64,000 nucleotides of DNA from Octopus sinensis (Eukaryota): NCBI RefSeq assembly GCF_006345805.1, contig NC_042998.1:17608001-17672000 (forward strand), in the 5' to 3' direction. A program made the translations under genes and the position numbers. Positions 1 through 14,279 of the stretch are shown here, in pieces. Every line of letters starts with the position of its first letter. Within the stretch, counting starts at the first letter, position 1. The notes beneath the pieces were generated by a model, which was not told where the DNA came from, searched no databases, and worked only from the letters and a program-made list of their open reading frames with translations.

Positions 1-14
1 AAAATTGTCGTCGT

Positions 15-125
15 CGTCATCAACATCGTCATCAACATCGTCATCATCATCGAAGTCTTCGTCATCATCGTCGTTGTCGTTGTTGTCGTCGTCGTCCTCC
101 TCCTCCTCATCATCATCATCATCAA

Positions 126-162
<37 letters not shown>

Positions 163-295
163 GTCATCCTCATCATGATAATCATCATCATCGTCATCAT
201 AATCATCATCATAATTATCATCATCATCATCATCATCATCATCATCGTCATCATCATCATCATCATCATCATCATCGTCATCATCATCATCATCG
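15..295. repeat. (ATC/GTC)n trinucleotide microsatellite
   Basis: Directly visible. Confidence 0.95.
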
Positions 296-954
296 CCGCT
301 ATTTTCATAACCTTCCTTTGCTATGAGCTAGAAATCGTTATCACCTGGCGCATGCAATAAAAAATAAACTCTTTCGCTCTTTTGTTTGTTTTTGTCATAT
401 TTTTTTTTTCCTTGTCTGTAGTTTTTTTTTTCTGCTTTAAACTTTCTGTTGTTCAAGTTTATTTCCTGTTCAAACTCGTTATGAAATGAAAGATTGCTGA
501 AGGTCTTCGTAGAAAATTTCCGATTGCAATACAATAGAGTTCGAAAGATTAACGAACTAGGTTATTACGGTACATAACAAAAGTATTATTGAGGATATCC
601 AACAATGTGAACTCGCATTCTAATACTGTGTGACAGATATTACCAAGTTTCCGAAAGGTTAAATGAGATTTCTTTTTCTTTCTCAATTTCGTGTGTCTAA
701 GTGTGTGCGTGTGTGTTAGACTTTGTACTTGTTTCTGTATATTTGTCAATGTGTGTCTACTAGTGTTTATGTATTCCAGGGAAGTGTAGAATAAATGAGC
801 AATATAATAAATAATGAGCATAAAATATAAATATATGATGAGGCTATCACTCTGTTGTTGAATATCCAGAGATCTTAGGCCTTTGGATATGACACCGAAT
901 GACCGGATGGCAGTGAATCCATAGCTTTAAAGAGAAGAAAGGGAAACTAGCTCA

Positions 955-1310
955 AGGAATATTGTTCCCAAATTTGGCACAAGGCCAGTATGTTCTTTTT
1001 CCCCGTTGCTAAACTGGGTCATATTAGTGTTTTATGGCTTTCGGCTACTGAATTGTCAGAGGGGGGAGGAATACGTCCAGCCGCTGTCAAGGCTGGTGCT
1101 CCTTATCTGAACCCACAAAACCTTAAAACTTTCTATGAAAATCTGACTTTTCTTTGCTTCCTCCCTAAGTAGATTTCATCAACTCCAGGATCCAACTTGT
1201 ACCTACTTTATCCTACTTAAGGATAAAAAGCAAAGTCAACCTCGGCGGAATTTGAACTTAGAAGGAAATGACGGACGAAATGCTGCCAAAGCAAATTCCT
1301 CGGTGTGTTA
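955..1310 (-). mobile_element. SINE family B, diverged and interrupted
   Basis: GCAAAGTCAACCTCGGCGGAATTTGAACT at 1229-1258 and TTTGGCACAAGGCCAG tail at ~972. Confidence 0.6.
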
Positions 1311-2828
1311 ATGATACGGGCACCTCAACGCCTTAAGGTTCAATGAATATTAGTTTCAAACAACTGTTGTAAATGCTTGAAAATTAACATGAAGTAAGTA
1401 CCTCCAACGAAAACTTCCCAAACACAGAAGGAAACGACTCACAGTTGAGATATCAGATCGAACGTATACAAATACGGAATCTGTTTCTTTCGCAGCTGAA
1501 GTGTTTCATTAATATTATATTTCGACAGTGTCCTTCCAGTAAGTGCAGAAATCATTACAGAGCAGTTGTATTATAGCAACTACCGCAATGTTATTTCATT
1601 AAAACCACAAGTAGGTTTTGATTTCCCGACCACCACTTAGTTGCTTGAATCCATTTAAAATCATTTATAGAAAAATCTAGATAGTTACGAACACCTCTGA
1701 TCTTATATATTAAAGACATTACAACTTTGACATTACCCACACCATTTAGGTGTTTCCTTACAACTACCACGTCATAGTGTCATTAATACAATCACCGAGT
1801 TGTGTCATTAGAAAGATTTATAAGATCTCATTTCAGTCAACATTTAGTAGATTCATTAGAACAACTTAACCATTTTATTGCAAGTATCGCTTAGCTTCGT
1901 CATTAAAACTAACACCGATCAAAGTCATTATAAACACCTCATAGCCTTTTCAGTGCACAACTCCTTCATGTGAAAGCGTCCTGTAGCTATGAAATATTTT
2001 TACATTAGTGTTAGCATCAATATCCATTGAAGATACAATTCTTATGCTTTAGACTTTTAGACAATTTAATAAATAATGCATTCTGCGTTTTACAATCTAC
2101 TATTTTTCATCCATGCATATAATTATACTTCCAGATGTCTACATATATTTCCCAGAAAAAAATATTTTATATGCTTATAAATATGTATATCAATGAATCT
2201 ATAACTAAGGTGTATTTTCCTCAAACTTTTTACATCAATAATAGTTTTTCAACTTCATTTTTGTTTTTAGCACGTCTACTTTCAATTATATTTGTCTCTG
2301 TTTATTAATAATCTATTGATTGATTGATCGATTTTCCTCTTGACTAGAACGCTATTTCCTAAGTGCATTTTACTTCAACATCCACCATGTCTCTTTCATT
2401 TTCTACTAAACACATTTTCCTCTCTTTTTACTTGGTGTGAGATTTTTGTCTGGCTTATACATTCCTCTGTTTTTTTCCTACTTTTTAGGCACTCATTTAT
2501 TATCATCCATTTTTGTTTATTTATTCATAAATATGTTCCTACTATTATTTTCATCTTTTTATTTCACAAATAAATTTCACTCTCTCACAGACCGTTGCAG
2601 TCTCTATCTCATTCAATGTATGCTACTGTTGAATATGTATGTATTTTTGCGAGAATAAGTGCGTGTGGTGTGTGTGTGTGTGTGAGAGTTTGAGTGCATA
2701 CGCGTATACGTAAAAAATCCGTGCCTGCACATGTATGTGGGTGGGCTCGTGTATGCATGAGTCAAAAGTACACCTACGCGTGTGTATACATTTATATGTT
2801 CATATGCAAATAGATCTCGAATGCATAT

Positions 2829-2923
<95 letters not shown>

Positions 2924-3057
2924 AGTGTACAGATAACCCAAGACACACGAACATGCGCGTGCGCATATACACACATATAGGTAGAATTTTATACATATAT
3001 GTACGAATGTAAGCAAGTGTATTTCTTTATCTCACTATGAACAAATGTGTGTGCTCC

Positions 3058-3108
<51 letters not shown>

Positions 3109-3903
3109 GTATGTATGTATGTATTTATGTATATATATATGCATGTATGTAACTATCTATATACATATGTACTTGATAACATGTATTGGAATTACCTAAT
3201 CACCTGTGAAATTTCTTTACTGAAATGAATAGGCACCATAGGATAATAGTTACATGCTAGACGATATAATACGCCTCTGTGTCACTGTATATTTAATAGG
3301 CGTTGAATTCAATCATCACTGAGGTGACACCGACTATATCTCAAATGAGGCGATATTTTTGCGATGACAGCAACGACAATTAGTTTGGAAAGGGAAAATA
3401 AACAAATAATTGTTACGTAATAAAAATGTCTTGTCGTTGTAGGCGTTGTTATTATTTTTAGGCAAACAGGTGCATTGTTCAAAGGTTGCGCTTGTTGCTC
3501 ATCTCGTATGACTTTGGGTGAACGATATCCAAATGTTTTTCCAATTAGTAATCTGCACTGCATAAGTTCACTAAAGTTTGACCACACTCGTCTAGCGGAT
3601 TAGACAAACTAGAATGTATCTGTTCCTGGAAATCTGTTACGTAATGGTGAGGTGAAAAATATCCCATTTGTTATTTACTGCAAGGAAGGTATTAAATTAA
3701 TTTTGTTGGTATGTTTAACAACGTAAGTATCTAAAAGAGAAATATATTTCATATCAGATAGTGGAGCAATTAATTTAGCAGTGATATCTGCATGTATTTT
3801 TTGTTGACATTGAAATTCAGTTAATATGTAACAAATGCGATTGTGTAAGAAAACTCAGAAAACATTAACCATAAACAAAGAATTGAATCTCTTTATCTAG
3901 CTA

Positions 3904-4017
<114 letters not shown>

Positions 4018-4024
4018 ATGTATG

Positions 4025-4128
<104 letters not shown>

Positions 4129-4310
4129 ATATATGTATATATAATAATTCAAGTTATGTAGGCCCCTTATGGAGCACGACACCTTCAGGTTCTGAAAAAG
4201 ACGTTCCAGAGGTGTGAAGAGGACGGGCTCCGTTGTGTGCCGAAAATCGAATCAAACTGTTTTTAATGAAATACATTTAGATAGACAGGTGGATAGATAG
4301 ACACATACAC

Positions 4311-4371
<61 letters not shown>

Positions 4372-4929
4372 GGAGTTGTGTGTTTCTGAGTGTGTACACG
4401 AAAACGTATTTTCGTATATACGTATTGAATATTTGTGTCTATCAGTGCCGATGAACTAATTTCCGGAGATAGACAACTGTTCTTTAGTTTTTATACATGA
4501 ATATGCAATCTCTATGAGTGAAGTATTAAAAAACACAGACGGCCTAGGGAACAACAAGCAGGTGTATTAAGTTGACATTCAGGAAGAATGGAAAAATCTT
4601 TGGTGTTTCGAGCCTATGCTCTTCGACTGAAAGGGATAAGTTGCAAAAAAGGGAGAACGAAACGACTGAGACAACACATGTGTAGTGATTAACAGCTAAA
4701 CATGATATTTTTTGATATTTCGTTTGGGATTACCGAGATTAGTAACCTGGTGTAATACTAAATGTATATAGGTTTCAGAATGAAATGTTAGATGAGCATA
4801 GAGAGGTAATAGGAAGAAAGAGATGACAACGAAAAACAATGCTTATGTAATGAAGTTTATTAGCTTGCAGCGGTAAGATAATAAATTTCAATAAATAAGC
4901 ATTGTTTTTCCTGGTGCTATCATACTGTA

Positions 4930-5221
<292 letters not shown>

Positions 5222-5735
5222 AAATATATAGATATAATTTTGAAACAGGACAACAAATGTTTAAGCAAGACAAGCATCTCAGGTCGTATACGTTATTATT
5301 ATTGGATAAATTCAAAGTCTTACACCAGCTTCTTTATTAACCGAACGTACGGGATAGTCCGTCATCGGAGACAAGTAGGGAAAATGAGAAAGTTATAAAC
5401 TAATGAAAAGACGATAGAGAGAACGGGAGAAAAAGAATAAGGAAATGAATTAAGAGAAGAAAAAGAAGAAAAATTAAGTATAAAAGTTCACAGTTCAAAT
5501 TTCCGGTCGTTTAGATGTTAGTCCATAAGTCTTTAGATGCATGTTGGTTAAATTCTTAATAGCGTAAATATCCGTAAGAGAACGGTAGCGGAAGTGGCTA
5601 TTGATGGGTAAAGAGAAGGAAGATAAATAAAAAGAGAGTTAGATAGAGCGAGGGAGGAAAACAAGTATTGGTATATAAGGTATATAAGAATATGGTGTAC
5701 AAAAATAAACTAGAAGATAAATAAATACATACATA

Positions 5736-6135
5736 GGCGCAGGAGTGGCTGTGTGGTAAGTAGCTTGCTGACCAACCACATTGTTCCGGATTCAGTCCCA
5801 CTGCGTGGCATCTTGGGCAAGTGTCTTCTGCTATAGCCCCGGGCCGACCAATGCCTTGTGAGTGGATTTGGTAGACGGAAACTGAAAGAAGTCTGTCGTA
5901 TATATGTATACATATATAAGTGTGTGTGTATATGTTTGTGTGTCTGTGTTTGTCCCACTAGCATTGCTTGACAACCGATGCTTGTGTGTTTACGTCCCCG
6001 TCACTTAGCGGTTCGGCAAAAGTGACCGATAGAATAAGTACTGTGCTTACAAAGAATAAGTCCTGGAGCCGATTTGCTCGACTAAAGGCGGTGCTCCAGC
6101 ATGACTGGAACAAGTAAAAGAGTAAAGAGAGTATA
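5736..6135 (+). mobile_element. tRNA-derived SINE family A with internal TA/TG microsatellite
   Basis: Head with box A/B-like TGGCTGTGTGG and GGATTCAGTCC; tail GGCGGTGCTCCAGCATG..(TAAAAGAG)n; homologous copies at 25048-25525 and 59410-59822. Confidence 0.9.
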
Positions 6136-6829
6136 AGGGTAAATAAAGAGAGAGGAGAGAGAGAGAGGTAAAAAACCACAACGAAATAAAGTAAAATAAA
6201 ACGGATTCAAAGAAGAGAATAGTATGTGCCAGTGGTACTCTTCTAGTCTTAAGTGGTTAGGGAAGAAATCTATTATTAAGTGATGTTATTCGTTCTATGG
6301 CTAAGGTCAATGGCTGTGGAAATATTTTTCGTTATGGGTGTGTATGTAGTTGTGAACGGAGAAACCAGTTGAATATTAAATTATAATTACTTAGGAAAAA
6401 GCGCTAGAACTATATATTAGGGGTTTTATAGGTGAAGGTTTAAAAGTAAATTAAATCAAAGAATTAACATTTATCTTATAAAGTGCTATGGTAAAGTTCA
6501 TATCATTTTATAAGATAAATGTCAATTCCGGTTATATGGTATATTTCCGAATATATTATATCTTCAATATGCCTGTTGAGTAGAATTAGCGACAAAGATA
6601 ATACACGTGTGATCCAGCTGACCGACATCGGCAATGTTTCCTAACAAAATTTGTCATAAAATTCTGATAGACCAAAGGACAAAACTATGTATAGCGGTTA
6701 ATATAAGTATTATCTTCGACGGCATGATTCTCAAATTAACTCTTCTGCAGCTGTTATTCTATAAGGAATATACGTTTCAAATTTTGGTAAAATGCCAGCA
6801 AGTTCGGGACTGGGATGGGTAAGTAAATT

Positions 6830-6985
6830 ACATAAACAGAAGCGCTCCAATAGCACTTATTTTATCGATCCCGAAAGGGATCAAAGTCAAGGTCGGCCAC
6901 AACAGATTTTGAAACCTAAACGTACAGATGGAAGAAATGCCGCCAAGTATTTTGACCAGCGTGCAAATGATTCTGCCAGTCTACC
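6830..6985 (-). mobile_element. SINE family B, diverged
   Basis: Reverse complement of the TTTCATCCTTTCGGGATCGATAAAATAAGT core. Confidence 0.7.
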
Positions 6986-8890
6986 GTCTTATATTCTTCA
7001 TGGAATATGGAATATTATTTTATGGGTGTAGTGTAAATTTAAGAGAATGCTATTTGCCATCAAATAAAATTTAAATACTTCTTGCATTGTCTATGACAGG
7101 TTGACGACCATGTCGGCATTAACGTACGTTGACATAAATAATGCTATCCTTGTCTACTATTGTATTTTGGAAACAAAATTCCATATACAATCTCTTCGTT
7201 GCAGTACTTTACAAGAAGCCTGAGAAATGTTCACTTTCCTGTGATACTTCGTGATAGATATATTACAGTTTTGACAGATTTTTTCAGAAATTCTTTCGTA
7301 TAGAACATTTTACAGATATATTTCTTAACAACGTGGTTTTTATCGGTGGTCGTAAGTGTATAAAATCAAGCGATTTTGCAACATAACTACAAAACAAAAC
7401 ATAAATGAAAGCATTATTGCAGCACAATAAAACCAGTCCTTGAGTAGTGTATGGAGTAAAGTGATTTGTTAAAGCATAAAAGATATCCTTTGATTGTATC
7501 ATAATATTGAAAATTCTCATAAAGTTGCAGATTTTTGACAAATTATTATATGTCTTGATATACATGTCTTTTTCCACTATTATGTAGGTGAAACACAGGT
7601 ATAAACCTATTTATTAATGGAGTATATCAAGGTCTTATACTTATATTTGCGCAGATGTATAACGCCATCTAATTTCTACGTAACTAAGTGACTACATAAG
7701 AGTAGCTCCACATCAATATATATTTCTGTGTGATATTATATGACGATATGAGTAGTAAAATGCAATGCTAATTGACAGTAAATTGAAACAATTTAACCTC
7801 AGTATATTTCTGGTATTTACATTATGAAAATCGAATACAGGAAAGTTTTTTAAATAGCCAAAGAATTTAATGTTCGAAACGATAGTAAGAATTTAGATTT
7901 GAGTAGCATATTGACAAATGATTTGCTATTTACGCCTATTCAAGCGATTTAGTTTTTCTCCGATATTAATAGAATCATAATTACTAGAAGAAGCTAAATT
8001 GTCCACAGTTGGATGATTTCGTGCAGAAACCAGTTAATAAAATTGTTCGTTATATAATATATCATGTTTTCATACAAGAGGAAACAATTACTAAAATATT
8101 TACTTTTAACACCGCTTGTGTAAAACCAAAATATATCGTGTAAAACTGCTAGAAGAAACAAGAAAAATAAACAAGTCTGAAAGTAATAATCATCAAAAAT
8201 ATACTAAACAGGAAGACATTATAAAATCATAGTAAGCGTCTAGTCTTGTGAAGAAATCACTATTAAAATTAATTATACAACATTTCTTCAAAGAATTGTT
8301 TTGAAGAGGAAAATTCTATACCCATATTGTGAGTGATGTGTTTGTATATGAAACCGATTTCATATATGAAATCGATGTAAAATACACATACACATATACA
8401 CAAGCAAATAGCCACACCCACACCGATGCCCACAGCCGCACATACATACACATATAAACCTATGTCCCATATATGAGTGTCTTAATATACTTTCGTAAGT
8501 GCGTGTGTTTGCACGCCTTATACTACGTTGATGTGTATATGTGTTCGTGTGTGTGTGTGTGTGTATGTGGGTTTGCATGTAAGTGAGAACAAGCGACTAA
8601 GAGTGTTTATATGGTAAGTTGTGTGTGTTGTATGGGCTAGTGACAACTATAATATAATACATATATAAACCAGGAAGTTTGAAGGTCTTGTGCGTATAGC
8701 GTCGTTAACTACAGATATAAAATTTATACACGCATGTGACATAGAAATATCACAACCACACACATTTATGTCACTGAACAGTAAAACACTCTGCAACTCA
8801 GTTATTATTGCAAACACGTCTGTCCATCTACCTAAAATGTGTAAGTATATATATATATATATATGTGTGTGTGTATATATATATATATAT

Positions 8891-8921
<31 letters not shown>

Positions 8922-8935
8922 TGTGTGTGTGTGTG

Positions 8936-9116
8936 CAGGCGCACATGAAAATATAAATATTATTGAAATAACATTAATATCCACCAAGAATAAAGCACGA
9001 TATACGAAGAATTATAAATACATAACGCAGAAATGGCACCTGGTAAGTTTACGGTGCTATGTAGAGCTTCGCTGAATATTTACAGGCAGAGATGTGTGGG
9101 GACCTGCCTCGGTGTG

Positions 9117-9147
<31 letters not shown>

Positions 9148-9193
9148 TGTGTGTGTGGTGTGTGTGTATGTGTGTGTGTGTGTGCGCGCGTGC

Positions 9194-9236
<43 letters not shown>

Positions 9237-9631
9237 CGCTCATGAAAATATAAATATTATTGAAATAACATTAATATCCAGCAACAAAATAAAGCACAAT
9301 ATACATAGAATTGTAAATATATATATCGCAGAAATGGCACCCGGTAAGTTTGCGACGCTATGCAGCGCTTCGCTGAATATTTGTAGGCAGAGGTGTGTGC
9401 GGGCGATGAATATAGGAAAGTTCTGTCTTACCTCTACGGAGACCGTTAGAGGAATAAAGGATAACTCAATACTGTAGTTTCAAACTCTTCAGATCACGTG
9501 TGTGAGCGCGAATCTGGTTAGCTATCTTCAGCTGAGTCTACCGGGGACGACCAAATTTTAAAACACCCACTACATCTCTGCCTGCTTACTCGGCTGATAG
9601 CGCGGTAAACTTACCGGCTGCTATTTCTAGC
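8936..9631. repeat. Two tandem ~175-bp units separated by (TG)n plus an inverted partial third copy
   Basis: Units 8936-9110 and 9235-9405; inverted homolog at 9568-9631. Confidence 0.75.
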
Positions 9632-9667
9632 AATGATCACACTTCGTGTACACCTGCTTTACATATG

Positions 9668-9711
<44 letters not shown>

Positions 9712-9745
9712 ACTTTATTTAAAGCAGCAGAAAATTCAACAAAAC

Positions 9746-9783
9746 CTGTTACTCTGAGTTTCGCGTTGCCGTTCATCGGACAG
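9746..9783 (-). ncRNA. Minimal hammerhead motif (U4C variant), second family
   Basis: CUGU-CCGAUGA-ACG GCAA CGC-GAAA-CUC A GAG-UA-ACAG; flanked by a perfect 24-bp inverted repeat (9713-9736 / 9796-9819); degenerate sisters at 24616-24655 (-) and 25738-25779 (+). Confidence 0.6.
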
Positions 9784-9891
9784 TTTTTCTAGCAAAATTT
9801 TCTGCTGCTTTAAATAAAGCATATACTCTACCACTGGTATTTGAGTACTCTTTTTTCCACCTGTTGTTTCACATTTATGTGTTTAATCCGG

Positions 9892-9922
<31 letters not shown>

Positions 9923-10367
9923 ATATATATATACACGCGGACATAGGCACACACACAAATATAGGTTCTGTGCGTGCGTGTGTATATATATTGTATGTGT
10001 GTGAGTATGTGTACATTGACGTAACAGAATAAACAACAGCACAGCTTTAAGTGTAACATTCAGTAATATCTTCGATATTTCGTAAAGGTGTTATAAGAAT
10101 ATTTTAATTGATGCTATATTAGAAAACTCAGGGTGGTAAAAGTTCGTCTGTAACGTTAAAGATGACATTACAGAAAGGTGTAAAAGGGTGTGAAAATGCA
10201 TGCATACACACAAACACACACACATGTATATAATATATGTACATATATACATACACACATATATATATGTATGTATGTATGCATATGTATATATTAAATA
10301 TATGTACATATATACATACACACATATATATATGTATGTATGTATGCATATGTATATATTAAATATA

Positions 10368-10403
<36 letters not shown>

Positions 10404-11119
10404 CCCCCGCAGTATATTCCCCCCTCTCTCTCTCCTCTCTCTCCCTCTCTGATTAGTTCGGTTTTATGATATCAGTGGTTCAGAGGTATTTCTCTACAGC
10501 AACTTTTAAAGAATTTCCTTCGATGCTTGAGAATTTCATTGACTGAGAAACAGCCCTAAAAGTTTTCCAGATTTATTTCAGTTACACTTCTAAAGTAATC
10601 ATGGGTGAAATCAAACAAAGAGATATTTTTATGTTTGATCTGAAAGCGAAAGCTTCTTTCCAATGTAATTTAGAGGAATGAAGCTTAGATTCTGATGTCT
10701 CGAAAATTTATCGGTGTTATATGTTGAAATATGATTACAAATTCGGAACTTAAAACTGACACACAAATAAGGAACTGAAATTTATTTCAGAATGATCTCT
10801 GGCTTACCATCCACGCATGAAATGCAAAAGATTGTCTTAACTGGTAGGTCACACGTATTGAGAAGAGCATTGTCGCGGTAAATTTTCTTTCATTTTGCTC
10901 CCTTCATTATATTGGTTTACTTTTCTTTTTCTTTCCTTTTACTCTGTCTTCCCTTTTTCTCTATCACATCACTCAGTAAATAAACAATCTCGTGTGTTTG
11001 TTTTAATGGCCTACGAATGTATACAGTATACAGTACGTCTGTTTCTCATAGGTGTAAGGAAGACACTCAGCAAGAAATGGAAACAGAATTGAAAGAAGAT
11101 GCTAATGAAAGTGATGATG

Positions 11120-11181
<62 letters not shown>

Positions 11182-14048
11182 TGAGAATAATTTCAGTATA
11201 TCTCAAATTGATATGTTGGTAAATATATTATTTATTTATGGAAATGTAACTAATGTCCTTATCCGTGTATAACGAGCTTGTTTAACAATGACCGATATAT
11301 ATTTAATACTATGGCTAAAATAAGGAGCTCAAATAAGGATAATAATAGCGAAACCAATTATGAAATAACTGTCCAGTTCTTAATGAAAGGATGATATTCC
11401 AGTGTTATCAGGATATATATTTGCCGACGAAAATGACTAGATATCTAGATAGTTTATCATTCTTATTCCCTGATACACATTAATCTTGTTATTCCTTTTA
11501 GTTTTATTTTCGTAATGATACTATTTTTCTGACTGATAACAATCCAGTAAACTAATTACCGCACCCAACGCTTGTCTTCATTTTTATGAATTTCATATAT
11601 CGTCTATTGTCGACAAAATTACTTTCAATAGAGACAAATTGGTCATAAAATATTCAGCATCTAATTACATTTACGAAAGGCTAATGTCCACTTATATTTA
11701 GATAAGTTGATTGTAGAATTGTGCAGCTCAGTTCAGAACATCTGAATTTTAGGAGTAAAAAAAGCGTTATGACTACTCTTTGAATAGCGTGAATCTGTTG
11801 AAGTTAATGTATATTGATGTGTATCAAAGAAACATTACGACATACGTAAGACAATTGTTTAAAAAACGAACCTTAAAAATGGTGTTAAAACGTAAATAAA
11901 ATAGGGTAAATGCACATAGTTTGCATATCAAATTAATCCTTATCCAATAAGTATGAAGTTATTTATCTCTTACTTGCTTCCTAACGCCATTGCACGGAAA
12001 TGTTTTCATTAGAAAAGATACGGAATATTTGCAGAGAATTATACTGGGTGGCATTTCATTGGACTGGGACCAAGAAGTGCTCTCTTACGTCGAAGACTGT
12101 GTACAACAGTATATTTGATCTCCCCGCCAATTGATAGTCTATTCTTCCTGAACATCTCATAGAAAAAGTGCTTAATGCATTTCTTGATCTAATTTCTATG
12201 AATTTTAACGCGGTGTATTTTTGTGTCTCGCATGAATGGGATTTTACTCCCCCATATGTTGTCTCGCTGCTATATTTTGAAAACGATTTTATATTACAGG
12301 GGAATTTCGAATAACAAGAAATTTGGTATACGGACGTACATTGCAAGTCAAAGTTTGCATTACAATAAATGTGCAATTAAAATCTTTGAAGAGAACAAAA
12401 TGGCTCCATAATACAACAATCAATACGAAGACACATTTGTGTTTCATTAATTTTCTTTCATTGTTGTGCTCACGAAATTGTTGTATAGCATCTAAGCAGC
12501 AAAGAGGCGGTGTCTTTCATTACGCAGGCTACTATGTTAATATGTGTAATCAATTGTTTTATGTGATCTCTTACAACAGACCTTTGTTCTTCCTATGTTT
12601 GTAATGTTTTCTTTTGAAAGAGGTAGAAAGGACTATCATATCTAATGTGCTTGATGAATAGTTTTGTTTTGTTGTTTTCTTAATTGTTATATAACTTCAA
12701 TTGTCCTTTCCTTGGACGTTTTTAACATTGTTTCGTGCTGATTGCATATAATAATATTTTTCTGCAGTATTATGTTGATGCTGATGCTTTTTATTTTTTC
12801 TGCTTAGCACATGCTGAAAAGAATTAAATCAGTAACTGTTTACTAGTATATTTTTCAAGTATTTTCTCAAAAGTTCCCTCGGGCTGCATAACCCAGTGAG
12901 TTCTTTTTTAAAGCGTAAGGGTGGGGTACGAGATAGATGCTGCAGCTGTTGTTGATGTTGTTGTTAAGCAACATGACGAGTAAGGGGAGGGAGACCCAAT
13001 ACCTTGGATAAAAACTTTGGTCGACTTGTAGTCGATGGCTCTTCGTTGACGCCCGACACAACTGGGAAGTGGCTCTCGACGTCGCTGGAAATGGAGATCT
13101 CCAGATCCAAATTCTTGAACGGTTGCTGCTGCTGCTATAACTAGCTTGCAGGGTGACAATAAAGTGACTTTCCTCGTTGACAAGTTAGTTGTAATAGTTT
13201 TTCTCCGTTGTACTATATTGTATAGCGTTGCATACATTTACAATTAAATATGTTTGGGCTTACGTAGATATTTCCTTAAATTCTGACTCCAGATTTGAGT
13301 AATATATTTTCGTTTGATGCTTCACAATACACATTGTACAGGTTACAATGATCAAGATTTTTCTCTCTAGTACCACCTAATACTTCTATTTCAAAAGATA
13401 AATAATTTAATAGTTATGCGTCCCATTTCGTTCGTTGCAATACGGCAATCGAAACGTTAGAAGGAATAGATTTCCATTCCTTTCATAGTATATCTGGACG
13501 GTTTACTTTGATCCTGTTTTAAATCTGGAAAACTTTCAATTGCTTGTTTTATGCACACACATTCCAGATATTTTGACTGAAAACTTCTATATATAAGTTC
13601 CCCACGGCTGCCCATCCTCAACTTTTCATTATTGAATAAAAAACCTTTTTGTCTCATACGAAATATTTTAGTTCCTTATATATATATCAAACATTACGTC
13701 CTTGTCTTTTATACCATAGTACTCTAATCAGTTTCCATCTTAGCGAATTAAAATATATACTTGATGTTCTGCTCTACATTCGTAATACTTAAGAGTTGTT
13801 TCGTGTAAATATCTGCAAATGATTCGTAATGGCGTTTAGTTTATTTCATGACATTAATAGATATTTATGTTTTCATTTAATTAAAGTTTTTCGGTCTCAG
13901 AACAGAAATCACATGAAGAGTGTTCCCAAGTATCATGTTTTTTTTGTTGTAACATGCGTATGCTTTATTATCTTCTACTCTTGCCATCGTATTGTTGTTT
14001 TCTTTTTCCACACGACATGACTGATATATTGGTAATGCGGCCTTTTAT

Positions 14049-14279
14049 GGCGGCGAGCTGGCAGAAAGGTTAGCACGCCGGGCGAAATACGTAGCCGTAT
14101 TTCGTCTGCCGTTACGTTCTGAGTTCAAATTCCACCGAGGTCTACTTTGCCTTTCATCCTTTCGGGATCGATAAATTAAATACTACTTACGCACTGGGGC
14201 CGATGTAATCGACTTAATCCGTTCGTCCGTCCTTGTTCGTCCTCTCTGTGTTCAGTCCCTTATGGGTAGTAAAGAAATA
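14049..14279 (+). mobile_element. tRNA-derived SINE family B with 18-bp target-site duplication
   Basis: GGCGGCGAGCTGG head, GAGTTCAAATTCC box B, TTGCCTTTCATCCTTTCGGG core; GGTAATGCGGCCTTTTAT at 14031-14048 and 14280-14297. Confidence 0.92.

Noticed and set aside
10232-10380. ~66-bp tandem duplication within a TA/CA/TATG tract
   Set aside because: Ordinary slippage duplication of low-complexity DNA.
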